From NCBI RefSeq assembly GCF_006345805.1, contig NC_042998.1:156054001-156118000 (forward strand): DNA of 64,000 nt. The letters are read 5' to 3'. The notes below the pieces were generated by a model, which did no database searches, was not told the DNA's origin, and saw nothing but the letters and a program-made list of their open reading frames with translations. The DNA is from Octopus sinensis. Lineage: Eukaryota. Positions 53,281-64,000 of the stretch are shown here, piece by piece (within the stretch, counting starts at the first letter, position 1; each line of letters starts with the position of its first letter). The position numbers and the translations under genes were made by a program.

Positions 53281-55655
53281 TTACTCTCTCTGTCTCTTCA
53301 CACACACTAACAGAAGCACTTCACTTACACAACATACTTTCTGTCTCCCACACCCCATCCAACACACACACACACGCGCGCGCGCACGCACACACACATG
53401 TACATCAATGCTCCCATGCACGGTAACTTCAAAAGAACTTCCCTCGTCATACAATCGCTTTCTCTTAAGTCTCTTTCGCTCTCATTACTTCAAAAGTTGC
53501 CGCAAGCCCATGAGTAAAAAAATAAAAGTTTTTTACGGAAATCGACGGAAAAGTATACTAGAACCGTAAGGTTGCCATATATATATATATAATGTGTGCA
53601 TTATGTGGTCGCTTGAGCTGAAAATATGCAGACCTATGTTAAAAGTGCTGGCAAGTTTGCATGACAACTATTTTTTTCCTCAAATGAAACGCGTGACCTC
53701 TAGGACAAAATTCCTCATCTTATAAAATGTGGCCCCAGTAGGCCCGAATGAAATCGGGTTATATTAACCAAAATGTGAAAAGGTGTCTAAATGGGGCTGG
53801 AAGGGGATTAAAATTTAAAGGAGCGGGTGTTTAGCAATTCTCTGTTACATGAAGCTAAAAAATTTGCGCCAGCCTTTTAATCGTCAATGTGTTGCCGTCC
53901 ATGATGGAGAAGTTTTGAATGCTTGCCATCGTGAGTCTACTGTCGTGAGAAAGAATCACTTCAAAACTTGGTGTTTACGAATTTTCTTTTACATCAAGTT
54001 CAGCTAGTCTCTATATATAAAACTGAAATGCGTTTTTACCGCTTGGATCGCTTTCAATGCCACTACGTCCCGTCCGATTCGCTCCAAAATTTACAGGGAC
54101 ATGTAGAATGAGGTGACGATTCCCGTGGGCTATCTTAGAAATCCCTATCTTAAAAGGCGTGGTTGCTAGGGGCCATCTTCCTCACTCACGCTATTTCCTA
54201 CATTCCCCTCTTACTCCCCTTCATTAATAACTTTGACAAGTCCACTCCCGTTATTTAATGTAAAGTTCGTCAGACGGCGTTCTTTGATGTATCTGTCTGC
54301 ATTCATACAGAGAAACAAATATTCCATCGCCATCGCCACCGCATTCTATTGTCTACCTGTCAACGCGCCCATCGACCAAATACAAACAGAACACACCAAC
54401 GAGCGTTTATATATGTGTGTGTGTGTTCTATATATAAATATGTATATATAATGTATATATACAAAGTGTATATATCTGTATTTATGTATATTAAACTTTT
54501 TAATACTTTTTGATAGTTACGTAAAGGGAACTGGTTGCTTCTTTACACTTTTTGGGTGCAACTTGGGTGCGAGACAGATAATTTTCTCTGTTAATTACGT
54601 GACCAACAGGGGGAAATTATGCCTAAACATGAGCTCAGCGCATGTGAACATCCGACGTGCTTTGAGTCGGGAGAAGAATTGAGCTGACGCAGAAGTGTTG
54701 CAAAACAAGGGAGTACACGTGCAGAACATAGGTGCATGAGTACAATAGGGCTTGCTAGGCTGAAATACAGTGTACAGTATTGAATATGCCAGTGATTAAT
54801 GCAGTAAGGCTGAGGCTGCCAGCCAGTGCTTGAGCTATTATATGCCTCGGTCGTGCAGGAACAAAAGTGTGGCATGCTGGCGCGTTGTAAGGGACAAACA
54901 ACTTTCTCTATGTATGCGTGACCGACCTAGGGTCTTACAGAGATGAGTTGTGTTTACAAGGGCACATTGAGCATGGACAACAAGCGAGAAAGGCATGTGT
55001 GACGTATGAATGTGACAGAGATAGCATTTGTGTGTGTATTAACTATGTGTGTTCGTGTGTGCGACAGAAGTACAAACAAGGTGTATGCGGGCAAAACAAA
55101 ATACAGCGCATAGGAAAAGTCTCTCAAGGTATTTCAGACAAGATGGAGTTAATTTACCAGTTCGTAGTAAAGTACATAATAGCAGTTCGTTCTGTAACAG
55201 GATGTTCGGAGCACAAGTGCAGATGCCGGTTGAACACATGTCGTGTAGCGGTTGTGGCTTCAATGCTGTGCCAGGTTACATTGGTACAGAAGATCTCGCA
55301 GGTAGTGCTGTGCTGTTAACCTCGGTGAAAATCATAACAGCGTGAAAGCTAAACCTGAATGAGTGCTATGTACATATTAGTGTTGCTGGAGATGAAGGCG
55401 ACGGAGATGGAGACGACGTGAAGGTGAAGGACGACGATGGTGATGGCGACGGCAGAGAAAGGCGACGTTGAGATGAAGGCGTCGGTGGCGTTGCTGGTGT
55501 ATGTTAGCGTCGTCATTGGCTGGAGCAGGAACATGACTGGCTGGTCTGGTCGTCTGTCGCTGGAACTGGAACATGGTTGAGTAAGCTCTGTGTGGATGAA
55601 GACTGCCGCGGATTGATTGGTTCAGACTAGGTAGAAACTAGATTTTAGCTAAGTG

Positions 55656-55948
55656 TTCTATGGTCTATGACCAGAACTCGGGTAACTTGGTTGAGTGTTC
55701 TATGGTCTATGTCCAGAACTCGGGAAACTTGCTTGACTGTTCTATGGTCTATGACCATAACTCGGGAAACTTGGTTGAGTGTTCTATGGTCTATGACCAG
55801 AACTCGGGAAACTTGGTTGAGTGTTCTATGGTCTATGACCAGAACTCGGGAAACTTGGTTGACTGTTCTATGGTCTATGCCCAGAACTCGGGAAACTTGG
55901 TTGACTGTTCTATGGTCTATGACCAGGACTCGGGAAACTTGGTTGAGT
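55656..55948 (+). repeat. 42-bp minisatellite, 7 copies
   Basis: ttctatggtctatgaccagaactcgggaaacttggttgagtg repeated with no spacers. Confidence 0.97.
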
Positions 55949-56621
55949 CCTCATCTTATAAAATGTGGCCCCAGTAGACCCAAATGAAATCGGGTTATAT
56001 TAACCAAAATGTGAAAAGGGGTCTAAATGGGGCTGGAAGGGGATTAAAATTTAAAGGAGCGGGTGCTTAGCAATTCTCTGTTACATCAAGCTAAAAAATT
56101 TGCGCCAGCCTTTTAATCGTCAATGATGAAGAAGTTTTGAATGCTTGCCATCGTGAGTCTACTGTCGTGAGAAAGAATCAATTCAAAACTTGGTTTTTAG
56201 GGATTTTCTTTTACATCAAGTTCAAAATTTTACGCCAGCCGTTGAACTGTCAATACGTTGCTGTCCGTCGTTAACAAATGCCAGCCATGGTGACTCTACT
56301 ATCCTCAAATTCTATCCCTTCAAACTTTAGTTTCCAATATTTTATTATTTTTATTCAGCTCGCAAGTTCGTCTGTCCCTTTTAAATGTTAGTGTTTTGCT
56401 GTCTGCCTTGAAGCAGACCTTTCCGTTGTTACTGCCTGATATTTATGATTGATCTTTCTAAATATTTTATTTCTCAACTTACTCAAGATCTTTTGTTGTT
56501 TATAAATGGGAGAGAGAGAGATAAAGATAGAGCGTAAGAGAAGGCGAGGGAGAGTCCGAGAGAAAGGAAGAGTAAGAGAGTGGGAAAGTGAGAGAGAAAG
56601 GAGAGAGAAACAAAGAGGGAG

Positions 56622-56935
56622 GATCATCATCATCATCATCATCGTTTAACGTCCGTTTTCCGTGCTAGCACGGGTTGGACAGTTTGACTGGGGTCTGGGA
56701 AGCCAGGAGGCTGCACCAGGCTCCAGTCTGATCTGGCAGTGTTTCTACAGCTGGATGCCCTTCCTAATGCCAACCACTCTGTGAGTGTAGTGGGTGCTGT
56801 TTTCGTGTCGCCGGCACTGGTGCCAGGAGGGCTGGCAGCGGCCACGATCGGCTGGTGCTTTTTACGTGCGACCAGCACAGAAGCCAGTCAAGGCGGCGCT
56901 GCAATCCGCCACGTTCGGATGGTGCTTTTTACGTG
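56622..56935 (-). mobile_element. SINE/LINE 3' end with (GAT)n tail, RTE-type
   Basis: Minus strand ends ggaaaacggacgttaaacgatgatgatgat. Confidence 0.65.
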
Positions 56936-57473
56936 CTGAAAGGAAGCAACAGAAAGTAACAACCACACTCTTACCCGCGCGTAGAGCGGGTCACCTTCAG
57001 CTAGTCTCTATATATAAAACTGAAATGCGTTTTTACCGTTTGGATCGCTTTCAATGCCACCACGTCCCGTCCGATTCGCTCCAAAATGTACAGGGACATG
57101 TAGAATGAGGTGACGATGCTCGTGGGCTACCTTAGAAACCCATATCTTAAAAGGTGTGGTTGCTAGGGGCCATCTTCCTCACTCACCCTATTTCCTCCAG
57201 TACCCGCTCACTCCTCTTCATTTCACAAGTCCACTACCGTTATTTTATGTAAAGTCTTCCTCAAATCACTCTCTCGCTATTTCCTCTCTTCCAAGAACAT
57301 TTTCACTCACTCTTATCTCTTAGCTTCCCATACATTTTACTCATGTATCTATTAGCGTTCATAGACAGAAACAAATATTACATCGCCATCGCCATCGCCA
57401 TCGCCATCGCCATCGCCATCGCCATCGCATTCTATTGTCTATCTGTCAACACACACACACACAGACACACACA

Positions 57474-57520
<47 letters not shown>

Positions 57521-57649
57521 CATATATCTAATATTATATTTTTATTTTTATGTTTTTGTTTTTGGTTTTTTTACTGTTTCATTTCCCTATTAGTGGTTTT
57601 ATCTCTAATTTAATTTCTACAGCGTGCACACACACACACACACACCTAT

Positions 57650-59845
57650 ATGTGGCCCCAGTACACCCGAATGAAATCGGGTTCTCTTCATCAAAATGTG
57701 AAAAGGGGTCTACAATTATCATCGCCACAACTTATGTATTCTTATGTCTTCCTCACTCTTTTTCCTAATGATAATTATCATCGCCACCACCAACACACAA
57801 TCATGACAATCTTTCTCTTAAAACAAATCATGTTTACATTGCAAAATATTTCATTTTCCCGTCCTCTCTTTCATATATCACCTTTTCTTTCTCGAGCTCT
57901 CTCTTTTTTCGCGCCCGGTGTTTCTAGGAAGAACGTCATTGGACGTGTGTATAATATTCATCCAACCAAACAGGAAATATTCTTTTTGAGAATGCTACTT
58001 CGTGTAGTTACTGGACCGAAGTCTTTTGCTGATCTTCGCACGGTTGATGGTATCATCTGCGCCACTTACAGGGAAGCATGTTTGAGGCGCGGACTTCTTC
58101 TCAATGACGACCACTTACACAGGACATTAGCAGAGGCCTCAAATTGTAAACTGCCATGGCAAATGCGTCGATTGTTTTGTAGCATATTAATCCACTGTAA
58201 TCCCAGCAACCCTCTTAACCTTTGGGAATCGTTCAGACAGAGCCTATCAAAGGACATACAAGCTAATTTAGCGCTACGTGATGGCAACGACGATGTTTAT
58301 AATGAGGCATTAATCGACATGGACAGACACATCAGACGCTATGTTATACGCGGTTTAAGTGAATTCCATCTGCCAACACCTGTCGATCATGAAGCGCCTT
58401 TGGATGTTGAATACATGTCAGAAAAAAACTACAACATTGCCAAATTGATGGAAACAATTACGCAAGATGAACCAAGACTTTTGCCTAAACAAAGAGAGAT
58501 TTATAATGAAATTATTGACAGCGTTAGATTGAACCAAGGAAAGCTTTTCTTTTTGAATGCTCCAGGTGATACTGGTAAAACTTTTGTTATCAATTTGATT
58601 CTCACAAAGCTGCGCGCTGAACGTCGAATTGCCATTGCATGTGCCTCAAGTGGTATTGCAGCGACACTACTTCAAGGCGGCCGTACGGCACATAGTGCAT
58701 TCAAATTGCCCATGGACACTGGAAAGAAAGATAATCCTATATGTAATATAGATCGTAGTTCCTCAAGAGCAAGACTTCTTCGTGAATGCAGTCTTTTTAT
58801 TTGGGATGAGGCTACAATGAGTAATAAGGCCATGTTTGAGGCTCTTGACAGAACTCTCCAAGATTTGCGTCATAATACAAAAATAATGGATGGAGCTACG
58901 TTTCTCATGGCAGAAGATTTTCGACAAACTCTTCCTGTTGTCCGAGCAGGCACTAGAGCCGATGAGGTTAATGCATGTATAAAGCATTCTTATGTGTGGC
59001 ACAGTGTTATCAGTCGCCATCTTCAAACAAACATGAGAGTCCACCTACATGGTGATGTGGAGTCTGAGGCTTTCGCAAAACACCTATTAGATCTTGGTGA
59101 TGGAGTTTTGCCTTTCGTTGATGATGAGCATATTCGGTTGCCTTTTGGGAATTTCGTTCCAAATGTAGAGGAACTTATAAGAGCCGTTTTACCAGACGTC
59201 GAAACCAACTTCCAGGATCTCGATTGGCTAAGAGCAAGAGCTATTCTATCGCCTCATAATACAACAGCTCATGCTACAAATAAACAAGTACTTGATATGA
59301 TTCCTGGTGAGATAGTTTCTTTCATGTCCATCGATACAAATAAAGATGAGAATGATGCAGTCAAATATCCACCCGAGCTACTCAACAAGCTAACACCTCC
59401 GGGACTTCCACCTCATCATTTGTGCTTGAAAGTTGGTGCTCCAATCATGGTGCTCAGAAATATGGAAACGCCTGAAATATGCAATGGAACCCGAATGCTT
59501 ATAAGGAGGATTCAGAGCCATGTTATAACTGCTGAAATTTTGAGTGGACCATTTGTAGGAACAATCAAGATGATACATAAAATGAGTATTTCACCCTCTG
59601 ATGTTCCCATTCAGTTTAAACGCTTTCAATTTCCGATAAAACTATGCTTCGCGATGACAATCAACAAATCACAGGGACAATCACTGGACATTGTAGGCAT
59701 TAACCTGTCACAACCGGTTTTCAGTCATGGTCACTTGTACGTAGCCTGTTCTCGAGTTGGAAATCCACATAAACTCTTCATTCTTGGCAATCATGAGCGC
59801 ACAAGGAACGTGGTTTATCAGGAGGCTCTGACAAAAGAAAACTGA
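57650..59845 (+). CDS. Helitron PIF1-like helicase half of RepHel (homology from about 57925; no Rep/HUH domain)
   Basis: NAPGDTGKT, ASSGIAATLLQGGRTAHSAFKLP, WDEATM, EDFRQTLPV, FAMTINKSQGQSL, LYVACSRV; lies between Helitron termini. Confidence 0.9.
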   Translation: MWPQYTRMKSGSLHQNVKRGLQLSSPQLMYSYVFLTLFPNDNYHRHHQHTIMTIFLLKQIMFTLQNISFSRPLFHISPFLSRALSFFAPGVSRKNVIGRVYNIHPTKQEIFFLRMLLRVVTGPKSFADLRTVDGIICATYREACLRRGLLLNDDHLHRTLAEASNCKLPWQMRRLFCSILIHCNPSNPLNLWESFRQSLSKDIQANLALRDGNDDVYNEALIDMDRHIRRYVIRGLSEFHLPTPVDHEAPLDVEYMSEKNYNIAKLMETITQDEPRLLPKQREIYNEIIDSVRLNQGKLFFLNAPGDTGKTFVINLILTKLRAERRIAIACASSGIAATLLQGGRTAHSAFKLPMDTGKKDNPICNIDRSSSRARLLRECSLFIWDEATMSNKAMFEALDRTLQDLRHNTKIMDGATFLMAEDFRQTLPVVRAGTRADEVNACIKHSYVWHSVISRHLQTNMRVHLHGDVESEAFAKHLLDLGDGVLPFVDDEHIRLPFGNFVPNVEELIRAVLPDVETNFQDLDWLRARAILSPHNTTAHATNKQVLDMIPGEIVSFMSIDTNKDENDAVKYPPELLNKLTPPGLPPHHLCLKVGAPIMVLRNMETPEICNGTRMLIRRIQSHVITAEILSGPFVGTIKMIHKMSISPSDVPIQFKRFQFPIKLCFAMTINKSQGQSLDIVGINLSQPVFSHGHLYVACSRVGNPHKLFILGNHERTRNVVYQEALTKEN

Positions 59846-60725
59846 TTGTAAGTCATGAAATTTTGCTTGATTTTTTATTTTGCACCTCTTCATTATCTCT
59901 TCATTCTTGAAAGTAAAGACATTAAAAAGAACATGGTTCATAAAGAACATTGGGTTTAGATGTTTGCAAACATTTGATCCAACTCATTCTCTTTATTCCT
60001 CATTTTCCGATTCCTTCTACGTCTCCATTAAACGGTTTTGTCAAGTTATTGTTTCTTCGCTAACATAAGACATTCATAAAGTGAATGAGTTGTTAATTAC
60101 ATTTTATACACTATTCCATTGTTTAGGTGGTGTCGAAAGGACTGGCATGTGTCACCATATAAACTCTCTCAGTCAAACTCCCAACTCATGAGTTCACGTC
60201 GTGATACTCTTTCTACAAAACTGAGCTGGGTGTGAATTCTAATTTCATTCACTATTACAGATTTTTTTATTTTTGAAACAAACACATTGCCTCTTTCGTT
60301 TTAAAACAATAAAACAATACTACCTTAATACATTGGTCCAACAAACAAAACATCCAACACTCTCATTCTTTTATGTATCTGTCTTCCTCCATCACTCACT
60401 CACTTTTCTCCCTTCCTTTCACATTCTATCTATAACGTCGTTTCACAGCGTCTACCTCCCTTACATTCACTTTCTCTTTATAACGTCGTTTCACAGCGTC
60501 CGTTATCTCCCCTCCCTGCCTTCCACAGCGCTTTCACACACTCTCACTCTCTACGTCTGTCTGCATTCATAGAGATAATTATCATCGCCACAACCACCAC
60601 TCAATCATGACAACAAATATTATGAATCAGATATTTATTGGGTTAATTTATATATGTGTGTGTGTGTATCTATATATAAATATGTATATATAATAATTTT
60701 TATATATACAAAGTGCATATATCTG

Positions 60726-60795
<70 letters not shown>

Positions 60796-62415
60796 GTATA
60801 CATTTATATATATATACCACGCTCTTACCCGCGCGTAGATCGGGTCACCTTCAGCTAGTCTATATATAAAACTGAAATGCGTTTCCACCGCTTGGATCGC
60901 TTTCAAGGCCACTACATCCCGTCGGATTGACTCCAAAATTTACAGGGACATGTAAAATGAGGTGACGATGCCCGTGGGCTACCTTAGAAATTCCTATCTT
61001 AAAAGGTGGCGTTGCTAGGGCCAGAAACCCACGTTGACAAGTCCACTCTCGTTCTATAATGTATCTGTCTTCCTCAACTCACTGTCGCTATTTCCTCTCT
61101 TCCCAGCACTTTTTCACTCACTCTATTTCCTACCTTCCCATAACTTTCACTTATGTATCTGTCTGCATTCATAGAGAGAATTATCATCGCCACAACCAAC
61201 ACATGACAACAAATATTATGGAAGGGCGTGAAATAAAAATTAACAACTGTGTGACGTGAGGGCTAAGGAGAAATGAAAGTTGGAGTTTGCAAATGACCGC
61301 TATACTGATACGTAACTGGACAGAATAAATATACAATCTATAAATGTCTTTGAATAACCAGTCACTCATTTGGGAAGGCCTTGAAATCAATGTTACCATG
61401 TGGGGACTATGTGTGACCTAGTGATAATAAAAAGACTGAAAGGAGATCTGCAATCAAATAACTTTACTCAACACTTTGCAACTGAATCAGTGGAGGCAAA
61501 GATGCCTCTCATTTACTTGACAATTTATGTAGCACACTGCAGAAATCCCAATCTAAGTGTATGTCAAAGCAAACTCTTACACTGTTGTACCATTGAATTA
61601 CAAATAATGCTCATCTTCTATGCTCGGATTACCCCACAGCTTCCAAGACTACAACTATTCGTCTTTGCTTAGATAAAATGACAAAATTGTGGGTGTTAAG
61701 TCCCCATGAAGGGGTCTTTCGAACTTGTAAGAAGATAAAATTTTATAAATATTACTTCATTTGTATCTAATATCTACGGTTAAAATTTCATCAACAGCAA
61801 AAATATATGAATTGTCATAGGGGTTGTGGCCCTTATGCATAGAATATAATTTCCAAATTTTTTAAAGATCCATTCAGTACTTTTGACTTAATTTTGGATC
61901 ATAAAAGAAATTACTAAAATTGGGGAGTTAAGGCCCCCATTAGGGTGTCTTAGAATCCTCATGTGAAGTGGAAACTTTGAGAATACTTCTTGATGTCTGT
62001 CAATTACCCATGGTTGAAAATTACCATTGTCAATTACCCATCAACATCGAAAATTTACGAATTTTCATGGGGGGTTCTGCCCCACTTTAAGCCATCTGAA
62101 ATTCAAACCAAACATGTTGCATTATACCCGCCCTTATGCATTGAATGTAAGTTTCAAATATCATAAGGATCCATTTAGTAATTTTGGTCCATGAAATTGT
62201 ATGAAATACAGAGCATTATCCTTCTCCCTAGGCTTCGATTTTGTGTTCTAAATATCATTACGATCGGTGCAGCAGTTTTCGAATGTATAAGCAATACACG
62301 AACACATAAAGACATTGTCTTTGATATAATAAATATGAATGTACACATACATATATACATACATTCATACATATATATATGTGCGTGTGTGCGTGTGTGT
62401 GTGTATTATATATAT

Positions 62416-62500
<85 letters not shown>

Positions 62501-62529
62501 AAGATAAATTGATAGATACAACTGAGTAT

Positions 62530-62820
62530 GCAAACAAAAATATGAGACGCAGCGTAGTGCTTTTTTTACGTTGATAAGCCTGGTACTTATTCTATTAGTT
62601 TCTTCTTGTGAAACCAGTAAGTTATGGGGATGTAAATAAACGAACAGCTGTTGTGAAGCAGTGATGAGGGAGAATCATCATCATCACTGAAACAAAGTTC
62701 ACACATACACTTAAATATATACATACATATATATACGATTGATTTCTTTAAGTTTCTGTCTACGAAATCCATATATATACATATACATGTATATATATAT
62801 ATATATATATAATATATATA

Positions 62821-62869
<49 letters not shown>

Positions 62870-62876
62870 CATGTAT

Positions 62877-62913
<37 letters not shown>

Positions 62914-62921
62914 CACACATA

Positions 62922-62965
<44 letters not shown>

Positions 62966-63335
62966 GCTAAATTGTGTGGGCAAACAAAAATATGAGATAC
63001 TGCCTAGTGCTTTTTTTTATTTTGATAAGCCTGGTACTTGTTCTATCAGTTTCTTCTTGTGAAACCAGTAAGTTCTGAGGATGCAAATAAACAAACACCT
63101 GTTGTGAGGCAGTGATGAGGGAGAAACGCAAAGACACACACACAGACTTACATATATACATACACATATATGCGATTGATTTCTTTCAGTTTCTGTCTAC
63201 AAAATCCACTGACAAGGCTTTGGTTGGTCTGAGGCTATAGCAGTAAACACATGCCAAGTCACCACACAGTGGGACTGAACCCAGGACCATGTATTTTGGA
63301 ACGAATTTTGTTACCATACAGCCACACCTGCACCT
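62530..63335 (-). mobile_element. Cluster of SINE fragments (duplicated core pieces and a tRNA-derived head)
   Basis: tgataagcctggtactt...gaaaccagtaagtt occurs twice; ggtgcaggtgtggctgtatggt head on the minus strand. Confidence 0.65.
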
Positions 63336-63704
63336 ATGTATGTGTGTAGGCGTGTATGGGTGTATATATGTATGCATGTATATATGTGAATATATATATG
63401 TGTACATATTATATGTACATCTATATATATATACATCTACACATATACATGTATACATATACATCTATATGTATAGAAATAAATGTATACATATACAGCT
63501 ATACACACATACACACACACACATATACATAGATGCAGGTGTAGCTGTGTGGCAACAAACTTCATTCCAAAACACATATATAAGGATGATAAATTGAATA
63601 TTAATTTGATTAATATGAATTGAAAACCAGTGGTGTAGCATATAATACCATAGCGGATCTTCTTCTAGCAAAATGGATGTCCACTGTTAATTGTTCATCC
63701 CTCT

Positions 63705-63990
63705 TATATAATAGTTTGACTTTAATAGTTTCAGTATTAAAGTGAAAGTATCTGACATTACACTAGAGAGATGATTTTGTTTCACTTTTAACACGTAATA
63801 CTGAAATAGTGGAGAAGATATGATATTGCTGTGGGCTCGCCCTAGGCAAGAAGTTAGAAATCTTTTGCCCATGACACTCCCCGGACCCTAAGTAAGGCAT
63901 GTGTAAAATTTGAATGAAATTGGTTGTGTAGTTCTCAAGTTTTAGGGATTCACACAGACAGACACACATTCTCAGTTTTGTATATATAGA
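63705..63990 (-). mobile_element. Non-autonomous Helitron 5' portion
   Basis: Minus strand A|TCTATATATACAAAACTGAGAATG; related to 51374-51636. Confidence 0.7.
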
Positions 63991-64000
63991 TTCGTATATA

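Larger units (their letters stand above)
52295..61230 (+). mobile_element. Head-to-tail Helitron array (four 5' ends, three CTAG|TC junctions)
   Basis: Junctions at 54007/54008, 57004/57005 and 60858/60859; acccgc...gcgggt hairpin before the last two; 5' segment tataaaactgaaatgcg repeated. Confidence 0.88.

Noticed and set aside
55656-55948. CRISPR-like array or repetitive protein (MVYDQNSGNLVECS)n
   Set aside because: Units are contiguous with no unique spacers, there are no cas genes, and the context is eukaryotic; the open frames follow from the 42-bp period.
57650-59845. Host PIF1 helicase gene
   Set aside because: Intronless, lies between Helitron TC and hairpin-CTAG ends, and has the Helitron-specific upstream segment.

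Overview
Eukaryotic, AT-rich, microsatellite-saturated DNA. The SINE families and repeat profile suggest an octopus/cephalopod genome (inference). I found no convincing host protein-coding gene: the window is almost entirely transposable elements. It holds two CR1/L2-group LINEs, a full-length young Ty3/Gypsy element (LTRs, PBS, PPT, 5-bp TSD), R4/Dong-like and RTE fragments, Tc1/mariner fragments, a full-length decayed hAT (Charlie/Buster) element, tRNA-derived SINEs and a head-to-tail Helitron array with a helicase ORF. From about 22.5 to 49 kb there are Penelope-like element (PLE) pieces (RT, two GIY-YIG domains), many fold-back inverted repeats and more than a dozen type I hammerhead ribozyme (HHR) motifs read by eye. 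The best candidate system is a 492-bp tandem array at 33449-34845 in which each full unit carries a complete hammerhead. That matches a non-LTR retrozyme that could yield a 492-nt self-cleaved, circularisable RNA. Also notable: a 9-kb palindromic PLE ending in hammerheads, an ORF1-only (HAL1-like) retroposon with an 18-bp TSD, and a LINE whose 3' end matches the local SINE tails. All folds and alignments were done by eye; nothing was computed or searched.
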